From the NCBI GenBank assembly GCA_030390025.1, contig CM059435.1:100068001-100132000 (forward strand): DNA of 64,000 bases. The letters run 5' to 3'. The position numbers and the translations under genes are program-made. The notes below the pieces were generated by a model that had not been told where the DNA came from, searched no databases, and saw nothing but the letters and a program-made list of their open reading frames with translations. Shown here one piece after another: positions 1 to 13,784 of the stretch (within the stretch, counting starts at the first letter, position 1; every line of letters starts with the position of its first letter). This DNA comes from Squalus acanthias. Its lineage: Eukaryota.

Positions 1-781
1 TCCTTATCCAAATTAATCAAGACAACAAGCAGCACCTAAGGACTTCTTGTTGGTTCAATAACTGCACGGTTTAGCACTCATTGCTTCTCCCCAGCATTGC
101 AAGTGTTAATGCAGAGCAGCATGGTCAAAGTGGTGGAAAGAGGAACAGCAGCAGGAGCAAGGCTGGCAGAGGTAGCATCAAAATCAGCCGCCAAAACAGA
201 TCTATCCATTACCCCTGCCCTCCCCCCCCGAAACAAAATTCATCAGGTACAGAGCCTCCCTCTTGAACTAACAATAGGTAAAATGCTTCTGTATATTCAC
301 GTTATCTCATAGGTTGCAATAGGTACAAGACAAAATGTGATTATTCCACAAGAGGACATGTCAAGATCTATGCAGGAGTATTCCCTCCTCAATCCTGGAT
401 GTGGACCTGCAATTATGCTGGGGGAGGAAAGAAAACAAGCCCTAAAGGCTTTAACAACCTTGCATCAAAACAGCTAGATTTGACCTTCACAATTCTTGCG
501 ATTACAAGTTTCATGTGTGATGATGTTGCAGCAAAATCTTTGGATGGTTTTAATCTCATGGTTGCATAAAAGCTCATGATCCATGCTAATCGCTAACAAC
601 CCACAACCTCTGACCCACCTGGAGTGTATGTAAACAAAGTTTGACCAACTCGTCAGGACTGCGGGGACAAAGGCAGTACTATACTTGAGGCCAATTCCAA
701 TTTCCCCCCACAATGCATAGGATTGCCTGCAAATATATTACTGTCTGAATATTATACAGACTTCAGTTATACTTGACTCGT

Positions 782-1170
782 GGGGAGAGATATTCAACTC
801 ACCTCCGTCTATTTTGCAGCTGACAAACAGGTGGCCAGGAGTTGAAAATCGGGGGGGTGGGGGGCACCTCAGCTACTCAATGATGCCCATGGTCCGCCGG
901 ATTCAATATTCAGGTGGGCTTGCAAATGGGTGAGCAGCCTGCCCGCCTGAAACAGGCATAAGACTGCTCTTCTATGCAAATCAGGGTCCTATGGTGGCTG
1001 TAGGACAAATGGCGGAGCTCGCATCCTCCTTAAAAGGGACCCCTGGAGGCTGCTCAAAAAACGGCTATAAAACTTTTAAAAGTTATATTTTTGTGGAGCC
1101 AGAAGCAGCAAGAGTGCTCTTCCTGGCTCCAAAGAAATACTGAGGGCTGTTGTCACCTGGGCTCCAGCTC
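782..1170. mobile_element. Decayed non-autonomous DNA transposon fragment related to the 30850-33601 element
   Basis: 1092-1133 (gtggagccagaagcagcaagagtgctcttcc) resembles the reverse complement of 33175-33212. GC-rich relative to its flanks. Confidence 0.4.
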
Positions 1171-1177
1171 TCAACTT

Positions 1178-1410
1178 CACCTCTCTCTCTACCACCACCC
1201 CACCCCACCCCATCACCTCTCTCTCTACCACCACCACCCCACCCCATCACCTCTCTCTCTACCACCACCCCACCCCACCCCATCACCTCTCTCTCTACCA
1301 CCACCACCCCACCCCATCACCTCTCTCTCTACCACCACCCCACCCCATCACCTCTCTCTCTACCACCACCCCACCCCATCACCTCTCTCTCTACCACCAC
1401 CCCACCCCAG
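1178..1410. repeat. Minisatellite, 7 units of 31-36 bp (cacctctctctctaccaccac(cac)cccac..cccat)
   Basis: Seven occurrences of cacctctctctct at about 1178, 1214, 1248, 1284, 1318, 1349 and 1380. Confidence 0.95.
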
Positions 1411-1757
1411 CCAGAGTGTAAATGTGGGCCAGCTTGGTGTCATAACTGGCTGGCAAATCCCAAAGCGATGATCTTGGGGGTGGTACCAGCAATGGCTGCA
1501 AAATGTCAATGCCTTAAATTAAGTTTAAAATATGATGTCAATATTATCAGGACTACATGTATCAATCAGCAAATCTCCACAAAGCTCCAGAGTTGCCAAA
1601 GTGTGTTAAACATTTCTTATGGTCAGCTTTTGGGTGTATAACCAATCACACACACACACACAGCGCCCGCTCGAACCGGGAGGCCTACGGTCTCGGCCAA
1701 AATTGGGCGCTGGGCCTAAATCCAATAATTGGGGTGAACTGCCAGTGCCCGTCAGGC

Positions 1758-1873
1758 CTCCAGGCTATGGGGAAAGAGCAGGGGAGTGGGACTAATTGGA
1801 TAGCTCTTTCAAAGAGCCGGCACAGACACGATGGGCTGAATGGCTTCCTTCTGTGCAGTATAATTCTATGACT
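1758..1873 (+). mobile_element. CR1 LINE 3' end fragment
   Basis: caggctatggggaaagagcagggg...gaatggcttccttctgtgcagtataattctatga. Same 3' terminus type as 33000-33098. Confidence 0.85.
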
Positions 1874-3295
1874 GATCATAATGATCTTTCACACTAGTAC
1901 ATTGCCAGCTGAATTAAGTCTCGTACAAGTTTATTTTATTCACACAATTTTTGTTACAATTTAAAATATAATGATTTAAAAATTTGTCGACTAACATGAA
2001 GCAATACCACCGGGAAAGGAAGATTTTGAAAAATGAGGCATGGAATTATAGAGGTATTTCATTTTTAATCAACATAATTGCCCTATAATGCATTAACTTA
2101 TACTCAATTGCTTACTTTATGGTTAAAAAAAGTTACCTGGAAACATTTGAGGGAATTTTGGGTTCAAGTTCAGAATATACTGGATATGTTGACAAGTTCC
2201 TGAATAAAAACCCCCGACATTCCTGTGATTTTTCTCTGCATACCTCATTAATATACTACTGCATTTGACTAAAGAACTGTAGTCTGTCAGGTTATTAGTG
2301 ATTTTAGCACTGGAGTAACTCGATTTTATTAGCTACCTTTGCCTGCTTTCTCCATTTGTAGCTTTCACAACTCCTAGAAATACATTCTATCAAGTGATTC
2401 TATGAAGATCATTAAGCTGCTGAACAAGTAGGAATTCCATGCAGGAAGCACAATAGATCATTTAAATGCCCCTCCATTTCCCTCCCTGGAGGATGTCTCA
2501 ACTGCTCTCCAAGAAGGCAGACAGGTAACCTGCTCTACAGCTTTGTACCAACTGCAGGGCTGGCACGAAGATAGCCTTGGATCACACTCCCATATTGTGG
2601 GAAGATACCAGGTTTCCATGCGGTGGCTATCCAGTGACGTAGCCAAAACGTGGAATCAAACCTGTGTTTCACCATATGTTTGAAATTGCGGCATCTCAGC
2701 CACTTAAGGGCTTGTTAGTGTATGATTTAACAGATGCCATGTGTGCCCTCCAATGGCCTGTCCCGAAGGCCATATGAGATCAGCATGCTATCCACCCCCA
2801 GATGAGGAACGGTGGAGAGCATTAAGGTCAATTGTAGTGACAAACTGCTGCCCCAACCTGAGATCAGTTAACTCACCACAGGCCGAGAACAGAACTTCCT
2901 GGTCATATGGCTCGGTTATTCGCTCCCTTAATTAGCTGAATTTTCCTGATATGGGGAGGGAGAAGGCTGGAAAGACCATGTTACATCATTCACTTAAAAT
3001 TAAAACACAATGGGGTGGGAGAATATTCTCCGAGTTTACCAGTATTTATATATTCCGCCCTGCACATTATCGAACGTCTATTACAACTTGCATGTGGACT
3101 GGTAGCAGCTTTGTGTCGCAGTGCAACAAAAAAACAGATGAACATTTTGTGCCACAAATTTGATTTGAGATCAACCAGTGCTATTATTACATCAGTTGTG
3201 CAGATAGGGCCCACTGCATCTCTACAGTCCACAGACACAAGACAGCTCAACCACCAGGGTAATCTAGAGGAAATGTTAAAGGGAAGCCCCATTTG

Positions 3296-3540
3296 CCCTC
3301 ACAAAAGATCCCATGGCACTACTCGAAGAAGAACAGGCGAGTTTTCCAGCTGGCCTGGCCAACATCACTAAAAATCATTTTTTTCATTGCTGTTTGTGGG
3401 ACCATGCTGTGCGCAAATTGGCTGCCACATTTGCCTACATTACAACAGTGACTACACTTCAAATATATATTGTATTGGCTGTGAAGCTTTGGGGTGTCCT
3501 GAGGATGCGAAAGGTGCGATATGAATACAAGTTTGTTCTT
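3296..3540 (+). mobile_element. DeuSINE-type (SacSINE1-like) SINE, 3' half
   Basis: aaaagatcccatggcactact...gctgtgcgcaaattggctgcc...L2-like tail. Matches the reverse complement of 8858-9324. Confidence 0.85.
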
Positions 3541-4039
3541 ATTTGCCTGCACTGTTTTTGTACAGCTCCAGCATTACGGGGTGCTGAGTGACATTAGAGT
3601 AGTGCACACTCTGAATAAGACACTTGTGCAAATATGGTACATGGTCAAGAGATGTCCCACTGATCTGGTCAACTGCTTTGTGTACATCTTAAGCCAAATT
3701 TTGCCGCACCAATGGCATCATTGAAACAAATCTCACCGGACAACTCATCCGAAATTAAGGTAAACTACAAAAATATTTTCAAAAGGATTATTTCAATTTG
3801 AAGATTATGGGACAAAGTCACTTCAATTTATATATCTAAGATTCTAAAGTTTGGGATGGGAGGGGTATGCTTGAAATTTTGTAAGTTTTCAAATTTTCTC
3901 CCCTCCTCTGCTGAAGGTATTTATTCAGTACATTCCAACAGTGTCATCTGTCTGGTACCTTACCCAAGTGAACTGTGGACATTGGACGTCAGCAAGATAT
4001 TTGAGTTGGGGGCGGGGGGGGGGGGAGAGAAGGAGTTTC

Positions 4040-4300
4040 ATCAGAGCCAAGCCCAATCCTATCCTTACCCACTGCTCACACATGCAAATTGTCAAGTCAT
4101 GAGTTAGCTATCAAGAATAGGAAACCTGGCTGCTTTTCTCTTCTCCCTAAGCCAGAGGCAGCGAGTCCTAATGTCGTGCCCCTGCTGCTGTCCTAGCTGA
4201 GATCAGCTAACTCGGCATAGGCCAGGGATCAACCTGGACTTTCATGGTCTGTATGCCTCAGTTCCACAACAGGCAGAATATTTCTCATTGAGCCATTGGG
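4040..4300 (-). mobile_element. Old tRNA-headed SINE-like repeat (second family, unassigned)
   Basis: Shares ctgagatcagctaactc and gcccaatcct(g)tcct blocks with 2858-2940, 15680-16030, 22690-23065, 27140-27370, 38620-38900 and 41335-41660. Confidence 0.55.
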
Positions 4301-7139
4301 GTAGCTGAATGTGTCTTTATGGAGGCCTTCCATTAAAAGGTTCTGTATCCATTTTCCTACTGACCTAGTTAGTTGTCAGTTTCAGATCAGGCTCATGTAT
4401 CATCCAACTCCTGGCAGATTTAGATGCAGCACCATCAGTAAACAGATTACTGGAAACCAAGTTGAATAAATAATCAGGAGTAAATCATTTCAGAAGCAGC
4501 AAGAGGGAACAATGTACTTCTATTGTGTTACGAAACTCAACAGCGGCCTATTAAAGGCCCAGGAAAGGGGATACTACAACTTTAAATTTTAAAAGTAACA
4601 TCAAAAGGCAATATATCCATTTCAAGTATGCATTGCTAATGCAAGGCTTCCGTTCTGCACTAACTCACTGATTAAACTAATGACTCATGCCAGGTATAAA
4701 ATCACAGCTGGATGTGCAGTCTTTGGGCCTGAAAGCCAAGTTCAATATTTTGCCTATGATGCATGGTTGTACTATAAAAAGGATTTGATATTTGACTCTA
4801 AACATCTTCCTTCAGTTAGTTCACAATTGGAGCTTTTCTTACTCCTCCTGCTACATTTTAAGAGTGCAGAATGAATCACAATCATGTGGCTCACCTCCCT
4901 GCCAAATTCTTTCCTCCTGCTGCTGTCAAGTTCCCCGAGTCCCCTGCCAACAGTTTCTGTCCTACAGCCAAGGATAGCCATGTGAGCAGCAGTAGAGGGT
5001 GTGTTTTCTGAAGGACTCAGAGGTAGTCAGACTGCTGTATGAACAAACAGGTAGGAGGGTGCCCAGAAGTTTAAAGGAGGAAGTCGATGAGTAGGTGAAA
5101 ATGCCCAGAGGGTGACTGTACCTTGGAGGATATGGACTCAGTTTCAACAACTCATACTTGAGGGTTGATGATAGTGGATAGGCCCCTCTCTCCTCCTATA
5201 CAATTACCATAACAATGACCAGCAAGATATTTCCTTCATACTAAAACCTGAAAGCCTAGGGGCTGACAATTCAGAGATGCAGGACACAAGAAGCTTCTAT
5301 TCTCTGCAGTGTTCCTGACTGTTTAAGCGTGAAGAGATAAGTGAACAACTGCCAGCTGGCGAGGGAAAGCATTAACAGAATGATTCCAATACAAGAGGGG
5401 AAAGACTGCCCAGTGAACAGTTCTCTCACACAAACAGACATACACAAAAACAGTTGCTCTTGGCACAAGTAACTGCATGCATTTCCATGCTTATTTCACT
5501 CTTAAGAGTAGATAGCTTTAATTATGTACAAAGAGAGGTAATACAGTACAGTACAAGCTTTGGCACAGAGCGCTGTGCGCTTGGGAGGTAATAGAGGCCA
5601 AGCAGCCAGATCAGTTGTAGAGTTGTTCACATACTCTCCACTTTGTTTTTTTTCTGCAGAAGTGCGTTTAGGCGGCAATTTGTAAAAGCCCAGGAGGAAA
5701 TGGCAGGCTGTTAAAAAGACTAAATGGGGGAAGGAACAAAAAAAAAATGTATAAAAGTAAATTTTGTTTGCTACCATCATCTTTTTCTGAATGTCTTTTA
5801 AAAAGGAGTAAACATTTCAGTTCACTGTAATTGAAAAGACATTTCTTGCAGATTATTAAAGAAACTGTTCTTTTATGGGTTTATCATTGAATCGTATGAA
5901 AACCTTGAACTCCAGCACTAATTATCTGGTCCAGAGTTGAGTGGAATGTTTTAAACAAGCAAGCTGCTCAACAGAGATTTTACAATTTTAGCCGAAGGCC
6001 TCCCAATTCAAATAATCAGAGGATCACAAAGGCTTCCTTCTAGCTCGTCATTCAATTGGGAATTTATGTTGGTTTAATGTTGACAATTTTGCTTCTAATA
6101 GGCAGAGGGGCTAGGTGGTCTCTCCAATGCCAAAATACATTGGCTTCTTTTGAGTTGGGATGGGGAATTTGCATTCTTAAATCAAGGAGGGAATTTTATT
6201 AAGTGGGTGTTTTTTTTCTGTACCCTATTTTAATGAGTTGATGATGCACATTGCAAACTGCCAAAGACATCATCAGCCATGCTGGATGAGGAGAATGAAT
6301 GTGATTCAACAGAGCATCTTTCTCCTCGTTACACTCATTCCACGTTGTAGCCTTACGCATAGTTTCTTCATACAAATAAATCACATGCTTTCTGTAGATG
6401 GATTATATTTCTATATGGTGAAATTATAGCAACTAAAGGATTGAGCATTGCAGTCAAATGGCTTTTGCAGTTGTACCAGTGTGCCTGGCTGGAGCCAGGC
6501 GTAAAGTACTACTGTCCAACACCATCAATTTGTCCGTGTACATCAGTGTCTTAAAGGCACTCCCTCAACTATTTCTACATCGTAGAATATCTCACGCACC
6601 CTGATAAAGAATTAAAATTTTGTACAGCAACAGCAAATGCACTTTTGCTGATGTTTCCCATAAGGGATAATCCAAATGTCCCAGAACAGCTGTCTGTCCA
6701 GTGTTGACTGTGGAGACTGGAAACTAGGATTTACCTGTTAACGGCTTTCAAGCCAGAAATTCCTCATGAAAATGAACATATTAGTAAAAACGGTTACATC
6801 TGTTTTTACATCAGTGTATCAGGAATACCGGAATAAGCCTCTAACGTGATATCACAGACAAAAATCAGATCTTTGGAAAAATGATTTCAACTCATCTCAG
6901 ACACCATGCTAATACCCCACTAGCCTTGCATTAACTGTCCTCTCCCTATACATTTTACCCACTTTGCCCAGGCTCTGGTCCCTCCTAGGGCTGCCTCAAG
7001 TGCTTGAGCTCTGTTGCCCATCTTCCACCACACTGAGGCCCACTGAGTTATGCATGGAACTCGATTCTTTGATGCACCCCTGTCTCTCTGTTAATCCAGC
7101 AATTTGTTTACTAACTATTTGGGCCAGTTAATTTGTGCC

Positions 7140-8855
7140 AGATCTCTCATCTTGCTGAACATTGCCTTGTTCCCAGTCCAGCACCCTCATCTTTGACTCA
7201 TTATCCTTTTCTATTCTTACATTGAATACAAATATGTTGTGGTCACTATTTCCCAAACGTTCTCTGACTCTCATCAGTTATTTGCACCACTTCATCTGCC
7301 AGAACTAAAGCAAGCAACACTTCTTTTCTGGTTGGGACTAAGAAACATACTGATATAGAAAGCAGTCATGGATGGATTTTAAAAAACATTTGCCACTATG
7401 ACCACATACATTACCTTCGTTCCAGTCTATTTTGGGCTAGTTAAAAGCATCCCTTATTTCCCTGTTATTCTTACATTTCTTAATTCTATCCATATGGATT
7501 CTATCTCAACACAACCCCCTAGGACATCCTTATGTTCTAGTGCAGTGATGGAATCCTTGACTAACATGGTCAACCTCCCCCCCCCCCCCCCCCCCCCACC
7601 CCACCCCAACACATTTTTTTTTCTATCTCCCCTGAAAATGTAACTGGGAATATTAAGTTGCCTGTCCTGTCCAAACAGGAGCTGCATCAATTATCGCTAC
7701 TGTGTCATATCTCTCCATAGCTATTAGTGTTTCTAGCTTTCCAATTTTGTTTTGACTGTTTCATGCATTCAGATACATACCACACAATTCTGACTGCAAT
7801 TTTCTGAAATGTTGACATTCCTTTTCCTGGTTTTCTCATTTAATTTTGTTTGATATCCCTTACCTCTTCTGCAAGTGTTCTTATCGCTCACTATCTCAAA
7901 GCCTCTTTCTTCCCCTTTTTCCTCAGATAGAATTTTCTCACTATTTATTTCCGCTAAACCTTCTGCTTTTTCTCCCCAAGCCACTTTATTACTCCTGCAC
8001 GCCCTCTCTAATCTCAAATCCAGGTGTTCCCACCCCACCACCGCCATATTAGTTTAAATCTTCCCCACTGCTCCATTTACACTCTCTGTAAGGATGTCGA
8101 TGCACTGTTCAGTTGAAGACCGTTCTTTCATCCAGAACGGACTTCACTGGCCCAAAAATATGAGCTCTTCCCTCCTGCACCAGCCCTGCAGCCATGAATG
8201 GACCTTCCTAGTCTTTCTTTAACCTGTCCAGCATGTGTCACAGGAAGGAATCCAGAGATTACTATCCTTGAGGCTTTGCTTTTCAGTCACGTGCCTAACT
8301 GCTTAAACTTTCTCAGCAAGACCTGAAATGTACTACTATTTTTGGTTCTCCCTTTTTGGAAGCTTTTCATCGTTCCATGATGTCCTTCACCCAGGCACCA
8401 GGGAGGCAACATACCATTCGGGACATGACTGTAAAAAAGGCAGTCCTATTCTTCTAGTCTAATTGCCTCTCACCCCCTTGGAGTAATTCTTTGCTCCATG
8501 GTGCCACAATGCTGTTTACAACCACCTGTCTCTTGTTACTGTCATTGTTCATGTCATACTTGTCCAACACTTGCATATCTATTGAACAGTTCCAGTAACT
8601 CAAGGGTTCCTGACACCTGGGAGTCCTATCTCCTTATGCTGCCCCTATAGATTGTCACCCAGTTCTCTTTCTATACTATCCCAGTGACCTGAACTTTTAG
8701 CACTGCCTCTTGGATGACCACTTTCTGCAGATCCAGAAACCTCTCATCCTCTCTGATGTTGACGAGTGTGGCAGATTGTTCCTTGAATACAGAGATCCTC
8801 TGCTTTGAAGAGTTAGTTTTCACACTTAGTATATCCAGGAGCAATACATTTGCAC
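7140..8855 (-). mobile_element. Decayed CR1 LINE 5' part (APE endonuclease start plus upstream ORF1 region)
   Basis: Minus-strand frame LVKDSITALEHKDVLGGCVEIESIWIELRN is typical of the CR1 ORF2 endonuclease. Many stops. Boundaries approximate. Confidence 0.6.
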
Positions 8856-8857
8856 TG

Positions 8858-9324
8858 AGAAAGAAGAAAGACTCGCATTTATATAGCGCCTTTCATGACC
8901 ACCGGACGTCTCAAAGCACTTTACAGCCAATGATGTACTTTTTGAAGTATAATCACTGTTGTAATGTGGGAGATGCGGCAGCCAATTTGCGCACAGCAAG
9001 CTCCCACAAACAGCAATGTGATAATGACCAGATAATCTGTTTTTGTTATGTTGGTTGAGGGATAAATATTGGCCATGACACCAGAGATAACTCCCCTGCT
9101 CTTCTTCGAAATAGTGCCATGGGCTCTTTTATGTCCACCTGAGAGAGCAGGCAGGGCCTTGGTTTAACGTCTCATCTGAAAGACGGCACCTCCGATAGTG
9201 CAGCCGCCCCTCAGCACTGCAATGGAGTGTCAGCCTAGCTTTATGTGCTTAAGTCCCCTGAGTGGGACTTGAACCCACAGCCTTCTGACTCAGAGACGAG
9301 TGTGCTACCCACTGACCACAGCTG
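8858..9324 (-). mobile_element. Near full-length DeuSINE-type (SacSINE1-like) tRNA-derived SINE
   Basis: A-box-like TGGTCAGTGG (9318-9309), B-box GGTTCAAGTCCC (9275-9264), Deu-domain core GGTGCCGTCTTTCAGATGAGACGTTAAACC, and L2-like tail AAGGCGCTATATAAATGC plus simple repeat. Confidence 0.9.
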
Positions 9325-10811
9325 GCATGAGCTGGGGATCTGTGTTGGCCTACATTTCACACTCCCAGGTGCATCACGGAATTTCTGCACCGCCATCCCT
9401 CTTGTGTCAAATTTACAAATGTAGATAGTGCTAGCATTAAATCCAAATAACATCAAACTCTCAAAAATCAAACTCCACGTACACACAAGTCTTAATTATA
9501 GGGGAAAAAAAATCTCCTGTCCAACTGCACCTAAAGGCTAAACTCCACACTCTTCTGGCCTTTCACACTAGATTGACCTCCCACAGCTTGAGACTGATCT
9601 CTCACTGCTCAGCTCAAATTTATACGGTTTTCAGTTTGCACAATAGGCTAACTGTCACAGGAAAAAACTGCTAATCACACCTCTTTTGTAACCAATTAAT
9701 TACCTATTACCAACTCAAACCAGCCCACAGTTAAGGCATCAAGTAAACAAGTCCTAATAACTCCTTCCTGGTTCAGGCCTCAGCATACCCATGCATGATA
9801 CAACAACAACTTGCATTTATATAGTGCCTTTAACGTAATAAAAAGTCCCACGGTGCTGACAACACCTCCCATGTGGCCCAGATGTCCAACTCTAACCAGG
9901 TATGTTTTGGCTCTCATCTTGCTGGATGCCATAGTCTTTTTTTTTAAGTGTAAAAATACAAATTCAGTAAAGGAACATTTGAAACAAATGCATGGTTGGA
10001 ACAATACAGGAGAGACTGAAGAACATACTTACAAAAAAAGGAACTATCTACAGACAGCAAAAGGTGGTGAAAAAAGCCACAAAAATAGAGGAGGCCCAAC
10101 AAAGGCAGAGAAAGACACAAAGAATGAGGGGTTGTGGAAAACAGAGACAGTAAAAGGAGGATATATCTATTTTTAATTTTGTTTGTGAGCAACAGTTTTT
10201 ACTATTGGTAACACTCCAGGCCATTGCCACCTCCCCACCCTGGTATACCCATTAATGTAACCCCTGGAAACTGGCAGTAATGAGCATGTATCAAAGCAGG
10301 AGGAGAACAACAAAAATGGCATTACACACATGGAAAGTGCCATTTTTATGTAATTTCAACACTTGTTGCCCTAGACAGAAAACAAAAGTACAATTCATTA
10401 TTTTATTTGGCTCTTGCAGCGCCCCTGTAACTCCAAGCTGTCCTAACCAACAGTTGCACCTTGTTATGCACAATTAATATATTCATGGTGTACAAAACAA
10501 GTCTAACATAAACTCCTCACATCTGCTATCTAGAGATACAGGAACTTCTAATGCTTGCTACAGCACCTCCTGCTGGCTGCCTGCAGATCTAGCTCAGGGA
10601 AGATGCCCCTCTCGATAAAATTCTCTTCACAAATGAATTCAAATGCACTGGCCAGCTCTACAGCAGGACACGTTTGAAGTTACATAATCACTGGATTTCC
10701 TGTATCAGGCAGTCTTTTAAGCTGCAGGAACACTTATCCAAATGGATTTGCTCTTTGCAAGTGGCACAAATTCAAAGTGAATTAGCTCCCACTGTACAGG
10801 AAAGATCGAAC

Positions 10812-11125
10812 AAATTTACATTTATATAGCACCTTTCGCACTCTTAGGATGTCCGGAGGTGCTGCCCAGTCAATGAAGTACTTTTGAAGTGTAGCCACTG
10901 TTGTAATGTAGGGAAACGCGGAAGCCAATTTACGAACAGCAAGGTCCCACAAACAGGAGTGAGATACATGACCAGATGTTGGTTGGGTGATAAATATTGA
11001 TCAGGATAACTCCTTGATCATCCTTGAATTGTGCCGTGGGATCTTCCACCTGAGAGGGCAGACAAAGCCTCAGTTTTATGTCTCATCTGCAAGATGGCAC
11101 CTTTGACAGTACAGGCCCTCCCTCG
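10812..11125 (-). mobile_element. DeuSINE-type SINE, older partial copy
   Basis: Colinear with 8870-9210 (catttatatagcacctttc...tctcatctgcaagatggcacc). Confidence 0.85.
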
Positions 11126-13664
11126 GTAGGTTAATTTAAACATTTTCTTTTTGAATTTATTAAGCTATAAACCTTACTGCCAGTATTAAGTCACCAATTT
11201 AGTCAAGATGGTGGCTGAAGAGCATTTGGAATAAGTTCACCAGTTCACCTTCTACTCTTGGCTATTGGTAGTGGTTTGCTGACTGCCTTTTGATTAGTAG
11301 TTTTCGTTCTTGCTTGCTACATTTTCATTAGCATGTTCCACATCTGTTTAGTTTCAGCCAATCAAGTGCAAGTGTGACACAGAAAGTTCCATGGGTTATA
11401 CAGTGTGACGCTGAATTATGGTACTGGATGGGTGACGGACAACATGTGTTAAAAATCTTGCATCTAGTACATGATTAGTGAGTCGCCTGCACAGGTGCTC
11501 ATGGTTTTGTTAGAGAGTGCAACATTTCCGAAGGATAAGAATACAATACCATGTAAAACAGTGTATTATTCTGCTACTAAAGTATAGAAGTGTGTCCCTT
11601 TGAGGCTTCAAAGTCTATTTGATGTTAAGTAAACAATGCATGAGTTTATACATGGATCAGTTAAAGAGACATTGGGGCTCCAGTATTGTGTCTTGCTGGA
11701 GAGTTTGTCAGTACATTTCAATCTACAGCCTTTGTTTCTTTATACTCCCTCCGCACTCACCAAGATTAACACAGAAATTTTCATTAGTTAGTGAAGTTTG
11801 AAGTGAGACTGATTAGAAGTGTGCATATTCTTAAAAGTTTTATGATAGATATTGTATTATTTCATCTAGCCTAGATCTCTGTTGCCAGCATTTGGTTTAA
11901 AGCAAACAAAAAAAAACATTTAAGTAACCAGCTGCACCTCCATTCTACTTTCTGCATCAATTCTTCTCAATCACACTAGGACCAGTCAGCCAGTCTGTTC
12001 TGCTGCAGACAGACATGGAGCTTTGCTACCTCTCAACTTTACAGCAGTACTGTACTGCCAAGTGCAAACTGTATGAATGCAGAAATTTGTTCTTTAAACT
12101 ATACACATAAGTAAACAGTTTAAAATCGCTAATCTCTATTTGTGCCTGTTGAGGAAGAGGACAATGATGACAATGGGTGGCAGAGAAGGCAGATGATGGC
12201 TGGTGGACAATGCTGACTGACAGAGAAAGAGGAGGAGGAAGGGGAAGGGAAGATGATAGGAAGAGGAGGATCACAGAGAAGGGAAGGACAACTGGTGAGG
12301 GCTAATTGATAAATGGGATGGTTTTATTTTCACTACAATGTCTCACATTATATTTGCCAGAATGTATATTATTTGCAGGGAAAAAAAATACAATAATAAA
12401 TTATAATTAGCGCAAAATCTTGTTTTCTATTTGCAATACAACTGCATCCTGATGGATACTAGTAAAAACAGGAATGGGGATTTATAGCAGTCAGTGAAGG
12501 GTTGCCTGTGTTTGGGTGGGTATGTGGCCACAATGGTACACCTTGGATACAAGCAGTCTGATCGGAGTGGGTACAAGTCCGCACTGTGGCAGGAGGGCAA
12601 TTGTGGGGGAGGGGGAAGAGAAATAAATCATGTTCAATCTGCTTCTGTTCCCAACTACAGTCCAGTGGTAGTATTAAGGCAAGTTCCAAATGGTTTAGTA
12701 ACAATTACTGTCGCTAAAGAAGCATTTTTGCCCATGATGTTTCATGTTATGGGCTTCTTTCTTTGACACTGTAAACCTAAATACAGTAACAAGGATTTTC
12801 TGTTCAATCCTTCAGCTCACTACAAATGACTTAGATATTGAGCAGGTAAAGGCACACTCTGGGTCACAGGGAGTGAGGCCTTGCCTGGAGGAGTAGTCCG
12901 AGATGCTGAATTGAAGAAGATTACTCAGAGTTGAAAAGATTTACCAGTCATTTCCCCGCATTACTTGAACTTCAGATTCCAATTCCGAAGGTTCAACTGT
13001 GTGAAATCACCATACTTATCCGTTGGATGGAATATCCCTTTTGCCCACAAGGCTACATTGCATACAAACCGGGAAAAGTTTTTCTTCACACACCTGTGAG
13101 CATTCGCTCATTCAAAGCAATGCCCCAAGCAAAGGAAGTCTCATATGCACACTAACACCTGCATTATTCTCAATTGGTGAAATTTAAGGATGTCAAACCT
13201 TTCCACTGTCAAGTCAATCAAAAGGCCAAGTAATTAGAACATAGTCCCTTCTTCATATGGGTAGCCTCAATATTAAAAAAAACTCAATTCAACTGAATGA
13301 AATATTAAAAATGTTTCACTCAGTGAAAGTCCCAAAAAGTGTAAGGTATCTCACTGCGCTCAGACTTAAATCCTGAATCTTCCCTTCACCTCAATGCAGT
13401 ACATGCTGTTTTATAGTCTGTAAAAGTTATCTCAGGTACCTGTGTTATTAACAGACTTGAGCAGAATAGTTTGAATTGTTCTATTGCGGGCTACGTTAAT
13501 GCTTTTATCAGTTCTGTTTAAATGTACCCATCTTTGAGAATGTTATGGTGCAATATATACTATCATCTTGTCAGTTAGGAGTCACCAAAATACTTTAAAC
13601 ATTCTTGGATTTAATATCCTCTCTACATTTATTTTAATGCACCACTTAATGTTTGCCTAGTGTT

Positions 13665-13784
13665 GGCCTAAATTCCCATCTGCGCTATTTTAATAGTTGT
13701 TAACTCATTTAAAGTAAGTGAGTTAACTAAAAATAATATGGGCTAACAACGGCATTAAAATTAGCACAGACAGGAAATTAAACC
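13665..13784. repeat. Imperfect ~120-bp palindrome (foldback MITE-like)
   Basis: Left arm AATTCCCATCTGCGCTATTTTAATAGTTGTTAACTCAT versus reverse complement of right arm AATTTCCTGTCTGTGCTAATTTTAATGCCGTTGTTAGCCCAT. Confidence 0.7.

Noticed and set aside
1083-1641. Pro/His-rich ORFs
   Set aside because: They are translations of the minisatellite, which is open in several frames on both strands.
9250-9324. tRNA gene
   Set aside because: The A and B boxes belong to a SINE head. There is no cloverleaf, and the sequence runs directly into the SINE core.
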